A stretch of DNA of 64,000 nucleotides, from assembly GCA_002269645.1 (NCBI GenBank), contig NIVC01000272.1:124001-188000 (forward strand), read 5' to 3'. The notes under the pieces are model-generated. The model searched no databases. It saw only the letters and a list, made by a program, of their open reading frames with translations, and was not told the origin of the DNA. This document shows, piece by piece, positions 1 through 10,080 of the stretch. How positions within the stretch are numbered: the first letter of the stretch is position 1; each line of letters starts with the position of its first letter. The position numbers and the translations under genes were made by a program. The DNA is from Macrostomum lignano (lineage: Eukaryota).

Positions 1-63
1 TTTAGAGCCATGACCTAAAGACGCGCTCTCCGACTTCTCTCCCCTTTCTGGCCATTGAGTGGT

Positions 64-65
64 TT

Positions 66-117
<52 letters not shown>

Positions 118-2420
118 CATTGATTGCGGAGTGCGGCTCCTTCAGATGGGGACCCAATCGAGGGCACCCAGGAGCCGCGCCACCAAGTGACCATCGGCAA
201 GGTCGTTTAGGTTATAAACTCCAAACAAGCGGCGTGTCGAAGCCAAGGCATCCAAGCCGCGGCCGCATGCCAAGCGACGGACTCGACGACCGCCTTGTAG
301 ACAGTGCGGAGGGTGTCACAGTCCCAGCCCCACTCTCTGTTGGCCAGGGCGCGGAAGATGCTGCATCGGCGGTGCAACTTAGAAACAACTTCGGCCGTCT
401 GGCACTTGAAGGTCAGGCCACCGTCAATCCAGACGCCGAGGTATCGTACCTCACGCTTGGTAGGGAGACGAGTGCCAGAAATCGACAGGTTTAGAGGGCG
501 ATTTCGCTCGCTCCGATCGCGCGTGTACAGACAGCACTCAGACTTGGAGGGGTTTAGGTCGATTCTCAGGTCGGCAGCCCAGTTTTCAATGCGGTTTAGC
601 GCAGTCTGAATGCGAAATTCCAGCTCGTTAGTGTTCCGACCGGTAGTCCAAATGCCGAGGTCGTCAGCGAATCCCCCGTAGCAGACCTGGGGGACCAGTT
701 TGTCCCGCCAGTCGTTGATGTACAGGAGAAACAGAATAGGAGAGCTGACGGCCCCCTAGGGCACCCCCTCGCGGAGGGGCCGCCACTTGCCGACCTCCTC
801 ACCGACACGCACAGCGATTTGACGCCCTTCCATGAAGCTGGCGAACCAGCGAATAAAGCGACCGGGCAGGCCTTCGTCCATAAGACGAGCGAAAAGCTTT
901 GCCCGCCAAACCCGGTCGAACGCCCTTGAGCAATCGAGCGTGACGGCCAACGTCTTGAGGTGGGGCCTTCTTTCCCATCCGTCCTGGATTTCTTGCACGA
1001 GGCGAGCTATTTGTTCCTCGCAGCTCCGGCCGCGTTGAAATCCCGCTTGCCAGGGCTGCAGAGTGCCGTTGGTCTTGAGCCTATGCATCAGCCGGTCAGC
1101 ACCATCCGCTCCATGAGCTTGACGCAGATGGACGTAAGGCTGACGGGCCGGAAACTGGAGCAGTCTTTGACTGACTTTTCTGTAGCGCTCCCCAGCCGCA
1201 CCAAATTTTTGAGTACGTGCCCCAGAGGATATTTGGGGTCTTTGGTCTTCAGTCTTCAGTCTTTGGGGTCTTTTTCGTCTTTAAGGAGAGGCACGATGAT
1301 GGCCTTTTTCCAGACTCCAGGACAGTGGCCAAGGCTCCAGCAGCGGTTGAACACCTTGAGCCAGGCCAACTGCCAAGTTGTCGGCAGATTTTTAAGGAAG
1401 GCCGTTTCAATGTCATCTGGGCCACACTTTTTGGTGACATCCAGCTTGCATAAGGCACGCTGAAGTTCCCCAAGGGAGAACTGGCTTTCGTGGTTGGTGT
1501 TGCCCAGGGCCTATTTGCGGTCTCGACCTTAAAGGCGCGGTCACGGGCATCATGTTTGAGAGAGCTACGAGCTAATAGACACATAGAAACGCCCAAAGGC
1601 GTTAGCCTTTTCCAGGTCCGTGCGGTGTTCGCGATTGTTAACAACGATGTTCTCGTTTTTCGCCGTGCTCTTATCCCCAGTCTCCAGTGTCTTGATGGTG
1701 CGCCAAATCTTCTTAGGGTCGGATGAGGAGGAAAGGTCCTGGACGTAGGATTTCCAGAACTCCTGCTTCTTTTCCGCACAGCGCTTATTGAGCTCCGCAT
1801 TTTTGTTGCGCCAGGCATCAGGATCGCCCAGGCTTCTGAGACAATTTTTTTCCTCGCGAATGTGAGAAAGCTCCGCATCCCAGTACGGTTTTTGATTTCC
1901 ACCGACTTTCTTGAGCGGGATGCTGGCGCTGGCGGCCTTGGACATTCTCTTACAGAGACGGTCAATTTGCTCTTTAATAGTACCCTTGTTGAGTCCATCG
2001 CTCCACTCCTCGAGCCTGTCCTGGTAGCTGTTCCAGTCAGCTTTCTGCCAGGCCCAGGTGAGGCGGGGGCGCCGGTCAAGGGTTTGACAGTCGGTGTTGA
2101 GCGTGATCAAAATAGGTTTCTGGTCAGACCCCAGCTCGTTGAGCGTCTCCCAGGTGCAATGATCAGCAACACTAGCACTGGCAAGGCTGAGGTCAGGCAC
2201 GCTCTGCCCTCCGGTGCGACGATCAAGGCACGTTGGGCGCCGGTGTTCAGGAGCACCGATGTTGTTGGTGCTGATGGCGTCGGGGTTGATAACGGAATCT
2301 TTGAGAGACTAGATGAGGATGTCTATGCAGCAGTTGTGGTTTATAGCCCACTGTCGAGGCTTGTTAAGCGAAACTAAAGAAATTAGCAACAGGGTGTCCA
2401 TAGTCACCTTGTGCTTTCTG
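64..2420 (-). mobile_element. Decayed non-LTR retrotransposon (APE endonuclease end + reverse transcriptase), 5'-truncated, with stops and frameshifts
   Basis: Minus-strand frames give the APE C-terminus (DLSLAS...ELGSDQKPILITL, 1565-2200) and RT motifs QAGFQRGRS, LDCSRAFDRVW, GVP*GAVSSPILFLLYIND, FADD and YLGVWID (about 420-1088). It ends in a (CAA)n tail at 66-117. Confidence 0.9.
66..117 (-). repeat. (CAA)n/(TTG)n microsatellite forming the 3' tail of the LINE
   Basis: Perfect TTG run directly downstream (on minus) of the end of the RT reading frame. Confidence 0.8.
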
Positions 2421-2509
2421 TTGAAGGTGCTGACGACGATGACAACTGTACCTGGTACCTTCAAGTTTAGATCGATTTGTTTCGTCTTTTGATAATAGTG
2501 CCATAAGTT

Positions 2510-2781
2510 AATAATACTATTATCATTACTGTATTATGGGCAGATGCGCAACCGGCAGCTCAGCCGTAGCTATTGCGCGGCGAATCTGAAGGCTGCGTAC
2601 GGGTCGATGTTCAGTCCAACGACGGGGTCGCCAAGGGGGGGTCGCTAAATGCTGGTACCCATTTGGGCCACTTTACAGCCGGTGAAGCCGCAGAGTTAAG
2701 TGTCAATTGCTGAAGTACACAAATTGTTCCGAGTGGGTCGAGACGCGAACCCCGACCTGTCAGTTGTGAGTTCGAAACACC
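2510..2781 (-). mobile_element. 5'-truncated tRNA-derived SINE with CORE-like central domain
   Basis: Minus strand reads GGTCGGGGTTCGCGTCTCGACC (B-box-like), then GACACTTAACTC...CTGTAAA...AAATGGGTACCAGC (CORE-like), then a TAA-rich tail. Its 3' part recurs at about 15195-15262. Confidence 0.55.
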
Positions 2782-3149
2782 TTAAATCATAAATCCGAAA
2801 TATCACAAACCCTAAATATCAAATTCTTGAAAACTCTGGCATAAACTCTGCATTTTGAATTTTCGAGAATGTGATATTTAGGGTTTATGAATTATGATGG
2901 GAGGTGCGTTTGAGGTTGTGATTTTTAGGGTTTGTGCTGGCGCCCCCATAAGACAAGCACTTTATAAAATTGGCTGATGATTTCTCCTCCCAGCTCCCTT
3001 TTTCTCTTCTATCTCTGCTCCACTAATCTTAATTTTGGAGTCCAGGTAAGGTACACCGTTTGAGGAAAGTCAGGAAAATGAAAGCAAAGGCGAACATTCG
3101 CATTTTATCTTTGATAATACGAAATTACGAAATGATAATTTATTAGTCA

Positions 3150-3760
3150 ATTTACGCGCGACATGTTTCGCCGAACACTCGGCATCTTCAGGCAAGGCAA
3201 TAATATATTTTCAGAGAGATGGTAAATTGTTTAAAGTCTAGTAGGCCAAAATGATGCAAGAATGGGTAACTGAGTTAGATGGCCCTAAACAAGAGGCAAG
3301 CGCATGGGGTCAGAACACCCTTAGATGGACACTCGCCCCTCTACCACCAAGTTGGATGTTCATGGTGGGCTTTAGCTGTTTAATGTACAACGCCTCAAGA
3401 GTAGACAACTTCAAACTCTGGCGATTACGATCGATAATTTCAAATTTCTCAGCATTTCTAACTTTAGCACATTGATTGCACATCAGGAGGCGGTCGTACA
3501 CAGCGCTAGCTCTTGTACAGTGCTCCTTAACCCTTGTGTGTGGGTGCCTTTCGGTTTTACCGATGTAAAACCGGCGTTGGTCAGCAACGCACGAGACTTT
3601 GTAGATAACTCCCGCACACAAGGTTTTCGGTACACTGCACTTGAGTCTTTGCACGTATTGCGACACCTTCGTAGTATAGAGCACAGGGGAGACCTTAGTG
3701 TTCAGGTGGGTATGGCGTAAAATAAAAAATGGCGTATGCCGTAAAATAACGGCCATCTGC
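3150..3760 (-). mobile_element. Penelope-like element 3' end: GIY-YIG endonuclease ORF (3310-3756) plus pseudo-LTR
   Basis: ORF contains GVIYKVSC...FYIGKTERHPHTRVKEH...EALYIKQLKPTMN, the PLE-type GIY-YIG. No RT is present, so it is 5'-truncated. A hammerhead follows on the same strand. Confidence 0.85.
3156..3195 (-). ncRNA. Minimal type I hammerhead ribozyme
   Basis: Minus strand reads ttgc-CUGAAGA-u-GCCGA(gugu)UCGGC-GAAA-CAUGUC-gcg. Core boxes are intact, stem II has 5 bp, stem III is the palindrome ACAUGU, and the GUC cleavage triplet ends at 3160. Confidence 0.8.
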
Positions 3761-4329
3761 CATACCTATAGAATGTGAGAAGCGGTAATGCGTTTTCAAA
3801 TTTGTTTAACACTTCCTGGAAATAAATTTTCGTAGAAACGTTCGGTCCTCAATGATGTCGCAATACTCGTACCATGGTACCTGAATACCACGTACATGGT
3901 TTCAAAATTTTCTTTTATAAAACTTAAAACTTAAACTTAAATATGTTAACGTTAACGGCTAACATGACGGACGAATAATTTTGGCTTGAACCAAATGTCC
4001 GGTTGCCGTAATGTCTGGTTGACAAAATACCAGTTGACGAAATGCCGGTTGACGAAATGTCCTGGAACCTTTCATTGTACAACGCTCAAGCGTGCAGATA
4101 AGGCCTATGTCTATGGTAAAATCCTATAGTCAGTCTATACAAAAAGCGTGCTGATAATAAAAAAGCGTGCAGATAATTGATGTCTATGGCAAAACTTTAA
4201 CATGGTTTGTCAGTGTGTATATTTTAAGTAACAATTTAACGAAACAACAGTACTGCAAAGAACTGTATGAGAGGCGAGGCCTGTGTCACTTTCGCAGTAT
4301 TGTCCATTTTAAAAGTAGATGTAAAAAAG

Positions 4330-4664
4330 GTACCGTCATTTTGGCAAATTAAAGGTGCAACCATTCACGTTTCCATGAAAGCTGAGTGTCAAGGCTGAAT
4401 GCAGATTAGCGATGCTGGTGAATAAAATCCACCGTCAGGCTTACGAGCCGTGCCGTAGAACACTTGCAGCACACGGTTGATCTTATAGATCTTATATTCC
4501 CTGGATAGGCCACTTTGTATGGCGGCAATAGGGAAAGTGCGACTTGTGCGAAAAAAAGCCGACATGGGTTGCTTAAATTTTGAGTTCAGTAGCTCGTGTA
4601 CATAGACGCTATTTTTTGAGAATGTGATAAAACTTTTGATAAAGTAAAATAAAAAGCTACTCAA
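4330..4664 (-). mobile_element. Probable Crypton (tyrosine-recombinase / DUF3504-type) transposon remnant
   Basis: LQVFYGTARKPDGGFYSPASLICI resembles the DUF3504 F-x-x-x-RKxDGxxYxPxSL motif. It is followed within about 40 nt by FHGNVNGCTFN, similar to Crypton C-termini. The catalytic core is missing. Confidence 0.5.
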
Positions 4665-5703
4665 TCAAATTAAGAATGGTGCTTGCACTGCAGAGACTAC
4701 TGACGAAATTGAGTTCAAAAGCTGATTTTCGCGCTGTCGCGAGATGCAAAACTTTTTACAATAGCTTCTATGAACCCAAAGCGGTTAATGAGTGGCCCAT
4801 CTTGTGCATTATATGATCTTTGGTCTCGATAAACTTTCTTAAAGACTCATTCACGCCCCATCAAATAAGGTCACATTTCGTGTGATCACACAATTTGTAC
4901 ATCAAATTTTCTTCTTTAATTGTACATCGGTAGTGATGGTGGCTCATTTGATGGCCTAGTATAACTGTATAAATATGATTATAAACTCCAAAAAGATGCA
5001 GTTTTATGGTAAGCATGTAAAAGCTCTGTAATAAATCATCTGCAAGATCTTTATCGTTATTTGGCCAAAAATGTACAATCATCTTGTGACGAATATCTGG
5101 TCCGAGAGTTCGCATGCTGACGGACTGCTATTCAAGTAGTGATTGAACACACAGTTAGTGGTGACCGATAACTGACGGAGCCGATTATTCGATTACGGAT
5201 TATGTATATTTGTAGGTTACAGACACGAACGGTACATGTATATAGCTGATGCTAAACAGGTAATTGGTAACGAACAGCTGTAGTGTCGATGGAATGGCTT
5301 CGAAGATGACCTTAGTGGGAATTAGTTAATTGAGAGCGATTTTGAACTACTGTTTATCAATGTTTACGGAAATCAAATTTGCTGGCCATAGGAACAGCAG
5401 CCGAACTCCATGTACGAGTTAGTCCTCTCCGAAGCCAAAGAATTCAAAATGTTAAATATAACTATTTCAATTCAGTAAAACAAAGCATTGTTTACTTTTG
5501 TCGATAAACATAAAAATGAAACCATCTGATATTAATAACATACATATTAAATATTTTTAGTAGATATTAATCGATGAATTAAAATAATAAAAAGAACCAC
5601 CAACGTACGTCACAATCTTATTGTGGCAGGCGAGGCCGCCACTGGCTTTTCCCACAGCGTGTAACTCTATTTTTCGCCGCGCGATTTCCCTTTGCCGTAA
5701 TTT

Positions 5704-5721
5704 TACGTCATCCTGACGTCA
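5704..5721. promoter_or_regulatory. CRE palindrome plus adjacent CRE half-site in a CpG-rich patch
   Basis: TACGTCA (5704-5710) and TGACGTCA (5714-5721). Function is not demonstrated. Confidence 0.3.
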
Positions 5722-5944
5722 CGCGCGCTACAGTTAATGTAACTCCCCGTTCCACTCCGTGTATTTTTCGTTCGTTTTAATGCTTTTGAATAGGGGTCCA
5801 CCCGGTGTTTAGTCGTCACCACCCGGTGTTACCCCGTCCCTTTTTCTATCCGGTGTCGCTCTCTCCCCACCCGGGGTAACCCCTTTCCTCCCGGTGGCTC
5901 ATGAGAGCGCTATTTAAGAGTCTGCGCCCCGCCTTTCCCAGCCA

Positions 5945-6100
5945 GACTCGTGGAATCCGCCCAACTCTCATGGAATCCGCCCCAACTCTCGTGGAATCCG
6001 CCCCAGCTCTCGTGGAATCCGCCATAACCCTCGTGGAATCCGCCTCAACTCTCGTGGAATCCGCCCCAACTTTCGTGGTTTTGCCCCGATCCCTTGTGAG
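5945..6100. repeat. Imperfect 21-bp tandem repeat (CTCGTGGAATCCGCCCCAACT), about 6 copies
   Basis: Visible periodicity. It produces the ADSTRVG / VESAPTL pseudo-ORFs. Confidence 0.8.
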
Positions 6101-7105
6101 ACCGACTTCCGTGGTATTGCCCATCTTCTTTAACTCTAATACAGTCCATTACGAGAGGCCCCTACGTGTAAGCCCGACATCCCGACCCGACCAGCTCCTC
6201 ACCCAGCCAGCTAATTATTATCTCTTAATAATAACATCATAGTACATTGCTTGTGGCTCGTGCAACAGTTAATAACAATAATACGTGCTATTCAGCTACC
6301 TGGCCCCTTTAACGCCAGCCAAGTAATCTCTTGTATGGAAACGGTGTCTTAGCCTTCGTGACCTCGGAAGCTTTATTTGACCTAGCGGTCTCAAGAGAAG
6401 TCCTAGAGCCAACTCGAGCTAGTTTTGAGCTCTAGAGAGCTTTTCCCATGTATAACCGCGGTGGTGGCAGCAAACTACTACTATTAGCAACAATCTCGAC
6501 AAACTTAGCTTATTTTGAAGTTTTCCCCATTTCGGCTACAAATTTCTGCATTCGGCATTCTGGATGTCGGAAAAACTAGACCGCTCTGCCGCGACCACAG
6601 CTACCCTCCCCTTGAGCCTGAGGAACTCAGCAGCCGGAGCTCCCCGTCATCTGCAAGCCGAGATCCTCGCTTAAGTTTGTTTGAATCGTAGAAACCGCAC
6701 CGATTTGAACGGCTGAGATGAACGAATTAAATCTCGACCAATCAACACAGACGAAACCCTCCGACCTTATTATCATCTGTGAGAATATATGTTGGCAAAC
6801 GCTGCCGAAAATGGTGTTTCTGGATTACCATAATCTGTGGCCTATATTCGAAAGATATGCGAATATGAATCCGTGATATGAATTTCAAAAACAGCATTTT
6901 TAGTTCAGTAGATCAAAGCGGCAAAGCCCCATAGAAAAAATTATGGAGGTCATGCTGTTAAAAAATTAATAGTTTTGTTAGTCCTAGACCAAATTTATAA
7001 AATGTCTTTGTACTATTAGAATTTCATTGGCCCTGGACATTCTACCTACACTACACGACTTTATAGTTCTTAGGTTCTTTCGCGTTTTTTTTTGGTATTA
7101 AATTT

Positions 7106-7701
7106 GGTTTCAACCTACTTCGGCGAAAGAATTTTCGGCGAAAGTCAAAAACGGCGAAAAATACTTTCGCAATGACCATTTGTCTAAAGCTGACCATTTC
7201 GGCGAAAAATTTATTCTAAGCTTCGCTGAGAAGTTTTTTGTTTTAGAAGTAAGCTAAAAAACGACGAACTTTAAAAAGACTAATTTTATCTTAGCATGTT
7301 TTTGTTTTGTCGCAGTTTAATTTAGTTGTTTTATTAGATGCCCTTCCATTACGGCGGAATTTCAAAGTACGATTTTAAGAGCCTGGCTGATTTAATCTGA
7401 AAAACCACACCGTCATCATCCCTAATCTATTGACTGCATATCGATAGATCGCATGTACATAACATAGCTACGAGCTAAGTCATGAGTTTTTTAATTTTCT
7501 AACTGCAAATAATTTGCAGCAATGAACAATTTATTAAAAGCTTTAATCACCAAAGTGGTATATTTGCAATATATACGTAGCCCATCTTTTCGCCGCACTG
7601 GTCACTTTCTTTCGCCGAAATGTACATCTATTGAAACTTAAAATTCACTTTCGCTGAAGCGTCCTTCGCCGAAAATTCTTTCGCCGAAATGGGCTGCACC
7701 C
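7106..7701. mobile_element. Non-autonomous DNA transposon (MITE-like) with TTCGGCGAAA subterminal repeats
   Basis: Left end GGTTTCAACCTACTTCGGCGAAAGAATTTTCGGCGAA versus reverse complement of right end GGGTGCAGCCCATTTCGGCGAAAGAATTTTCGGCGAA. Flanks TTAAATTT and TAAAATTT are near-identical. Confidence 0.65.
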
Positions 7702-10080
7702 TAAAATTTGAAGCTTGCATGACGCTTATTAATTTATTAGACAGGTACACTTTAAATGAAAATTGCTTACTTGGTGGATTTGAGAGGGGCCATGGCCTTT
7801 TGGCTTTCCCTTCGCTTCAGTTTCAGCTTAGCTTAAGCAGTTTTTAAGCTTAGCTTAGACCTAGCTATGTTATGGCCAAAAATTTGCCATCAAAGGGACA
7901 TAGGAAGTAGGTATAGATTGTAACAATTATACCTAGCTAGGACACAATCTAAATTGTGTAGAAGCAAAAATTTTGTAGGCAAACATTGTTAAGCATGCCC
8001 TCAATCCTTCATGTCATGCTTAGGCAAACATCTTGGTCTTAAAGCAGGTCTTTTAGGCACTTGATATTAATCTTTACTATTTATTTATCAGCCTAGGCCT
8101 AGGGCCCTAGGCCCCTATGCACTCTAAAAAATAAAGACAAGTTATAAAATATGAGGCCTAGTTGAAGAAAAGTTTTACTTTAAGCTTAGTAATTTTTTGG
8201 TGTAGCTAGGCTCTACCCTTAAATATGCATGCTAAATTCAAAATAGTGCCAAACCATAGTTCAAATCATATATTAATGTATGCCACAGTCCAATCAGTGG
8301 GGAAAAGCATGCTTTTGTTTGTATGCTAGGACTAAAAATGTGTCATTAACAGTGTTTGTGTTTCTACTATATTTGTATCATCATGTAGGCTTATACTAGG
8401 ATGCTTATTAAAGTAATGTATATTGAAAAATGGCTAATATCTCTATTGTAACTTATATGCCAGGAAATCCTAGCATACATGATAAATGTCAATTGCTTTC
8501 TAAACTATAAATACCAAACAATGTAGTATTAGGGATATATCCAAAAGTTTCATTTTCAGGATAAGAGGGCTAGTTGGGCCTAGTAAAAACTAAAGGGGCA
8601 ATTATAATAATATCAAAGAGTAGAAAAAAGAAAGATAAGAGAGCAAAGATAAGACAGAAAAGATGAAGGAATATTGACAAGAGAATGGAGAAAGAAAAGA
8701 TAGGAAAAAAGGACATGAGAAAAAGAAAAAAGAAGAAACAAAAAAGAAGATACAAGTTTCAAAGGATCTAAGAAAAATAAAGCAAGGCAGAGACAAAGGC
8801 CAGAGCACCTAGTCAACAAGATCAATGCTTGCCTCTAATCTTAATTTTATATAATTTACTCTTTTATATTCACCTCTATCCTAATGATTAGGCCCTAAGG
8901 CCTAACAAGTTTTTGTTTGAGTATGACTTCAAATTTAATAGTAAACTATTGTTTCTAAAATTAAAATTGTTAAAAAAAGAGTTTTTCAAATTCTTTTTTT
9001 AAAATACCAAAGTAGGCCTTAAAATAGTAGAGAACCTATGGCCTAACAGGCCCTCCATGACCCTTAGTTGCATCACTGGGTAGCAAAGGCTTAATTCAAT
9101 TCTATTATTAACATGCTTTATTTAATTAATAATAGAATAAATATATTTTATTTGTTACAAATGATCATTGACATTGATATTAGGCCTAGTCAGCTCTATA
9201 AGGTTCTTAATAGAGGAAACTAATTGTAAATTGATAGGGCCTACATGGCAAGATATAGAGGCAATGGTTCTTAATCATTTTGCCATTTGTCATTTTATTA
9301 TCTAGGGCAAGGGTCCTTTAGCCCTTAGGTCCTTTGAAACTTTATAGTAGCAATCTGGCCTAATTTAGGTTTTTGTCTTTTTTCTCTTCTTTTCTCTTAT
9401 CCCATTTATTTTTCCTTTTTCCTTTCTCTTTCTTTTTCTTTTTTGTCTTTTTGTCTTTTGTCCTTTCTTTTATCCTCTCTTTTTTCTCTCCTTTCCTATA
9501 TTCTACTTTTTCCTCTTTTATTTTCTTCTTTCTTATCCTTTTCTTTCTTCTCCTCTCTTGTCTTCTCCTCCTTTGTCTTCTCCTTTGTTTTAGTCACTTT
9601 GTTATCTTAAGTTAGCATATACTAACCTAACTGAGGAAGTATTTTCATTATCTACTAAGCATGTTTATTTTAAGCAAATTATAGTCAGAAAAATTATAAA
9701 TAAAGTAAAAGTTTTAAATGTTTAGATTTTTGATAAAAGTTTTAATATTTGAGACTTCATATCCATTTTTTAATATTAGTGACTTTCTCACTAGAAGATT
9801 ATTACAGTGTTTAAATTTCTAGTTAAATAGCTTTGTATATATTGTTATCTATATCCAATGCAATGTTATTTACTATTAATGGCTACTTTCCTCCTAGTCA
9901 CTTCATTATATAATATGATAAAATCTAACTAGAATATGATAATCTAACTAGCAACCATGGCAAGTTTAGCATATTGTATTTTAAAAATTGTATTCTTTTG
10001 TTATAGTTTAGTTCTAGTTATATATTGATAAGTTAAACCATCTCATATGTAGTATTTTTCAACTTGCCAAATATGTGTAT

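Noticed and set aside
2715-2765. tRNA gene
   Set aside because: Only a B-box-like arm is present, with no cloverleaf. Interpreted as a SINE head. No tRNA or rRNA genes were recognised in the window.
8570-9615. Phe/Leu/Ser-rich 'membrane protein' ORFs (also 41324-42078)
   Set aside because: They are translations of GA/CT low-complexity tracts.
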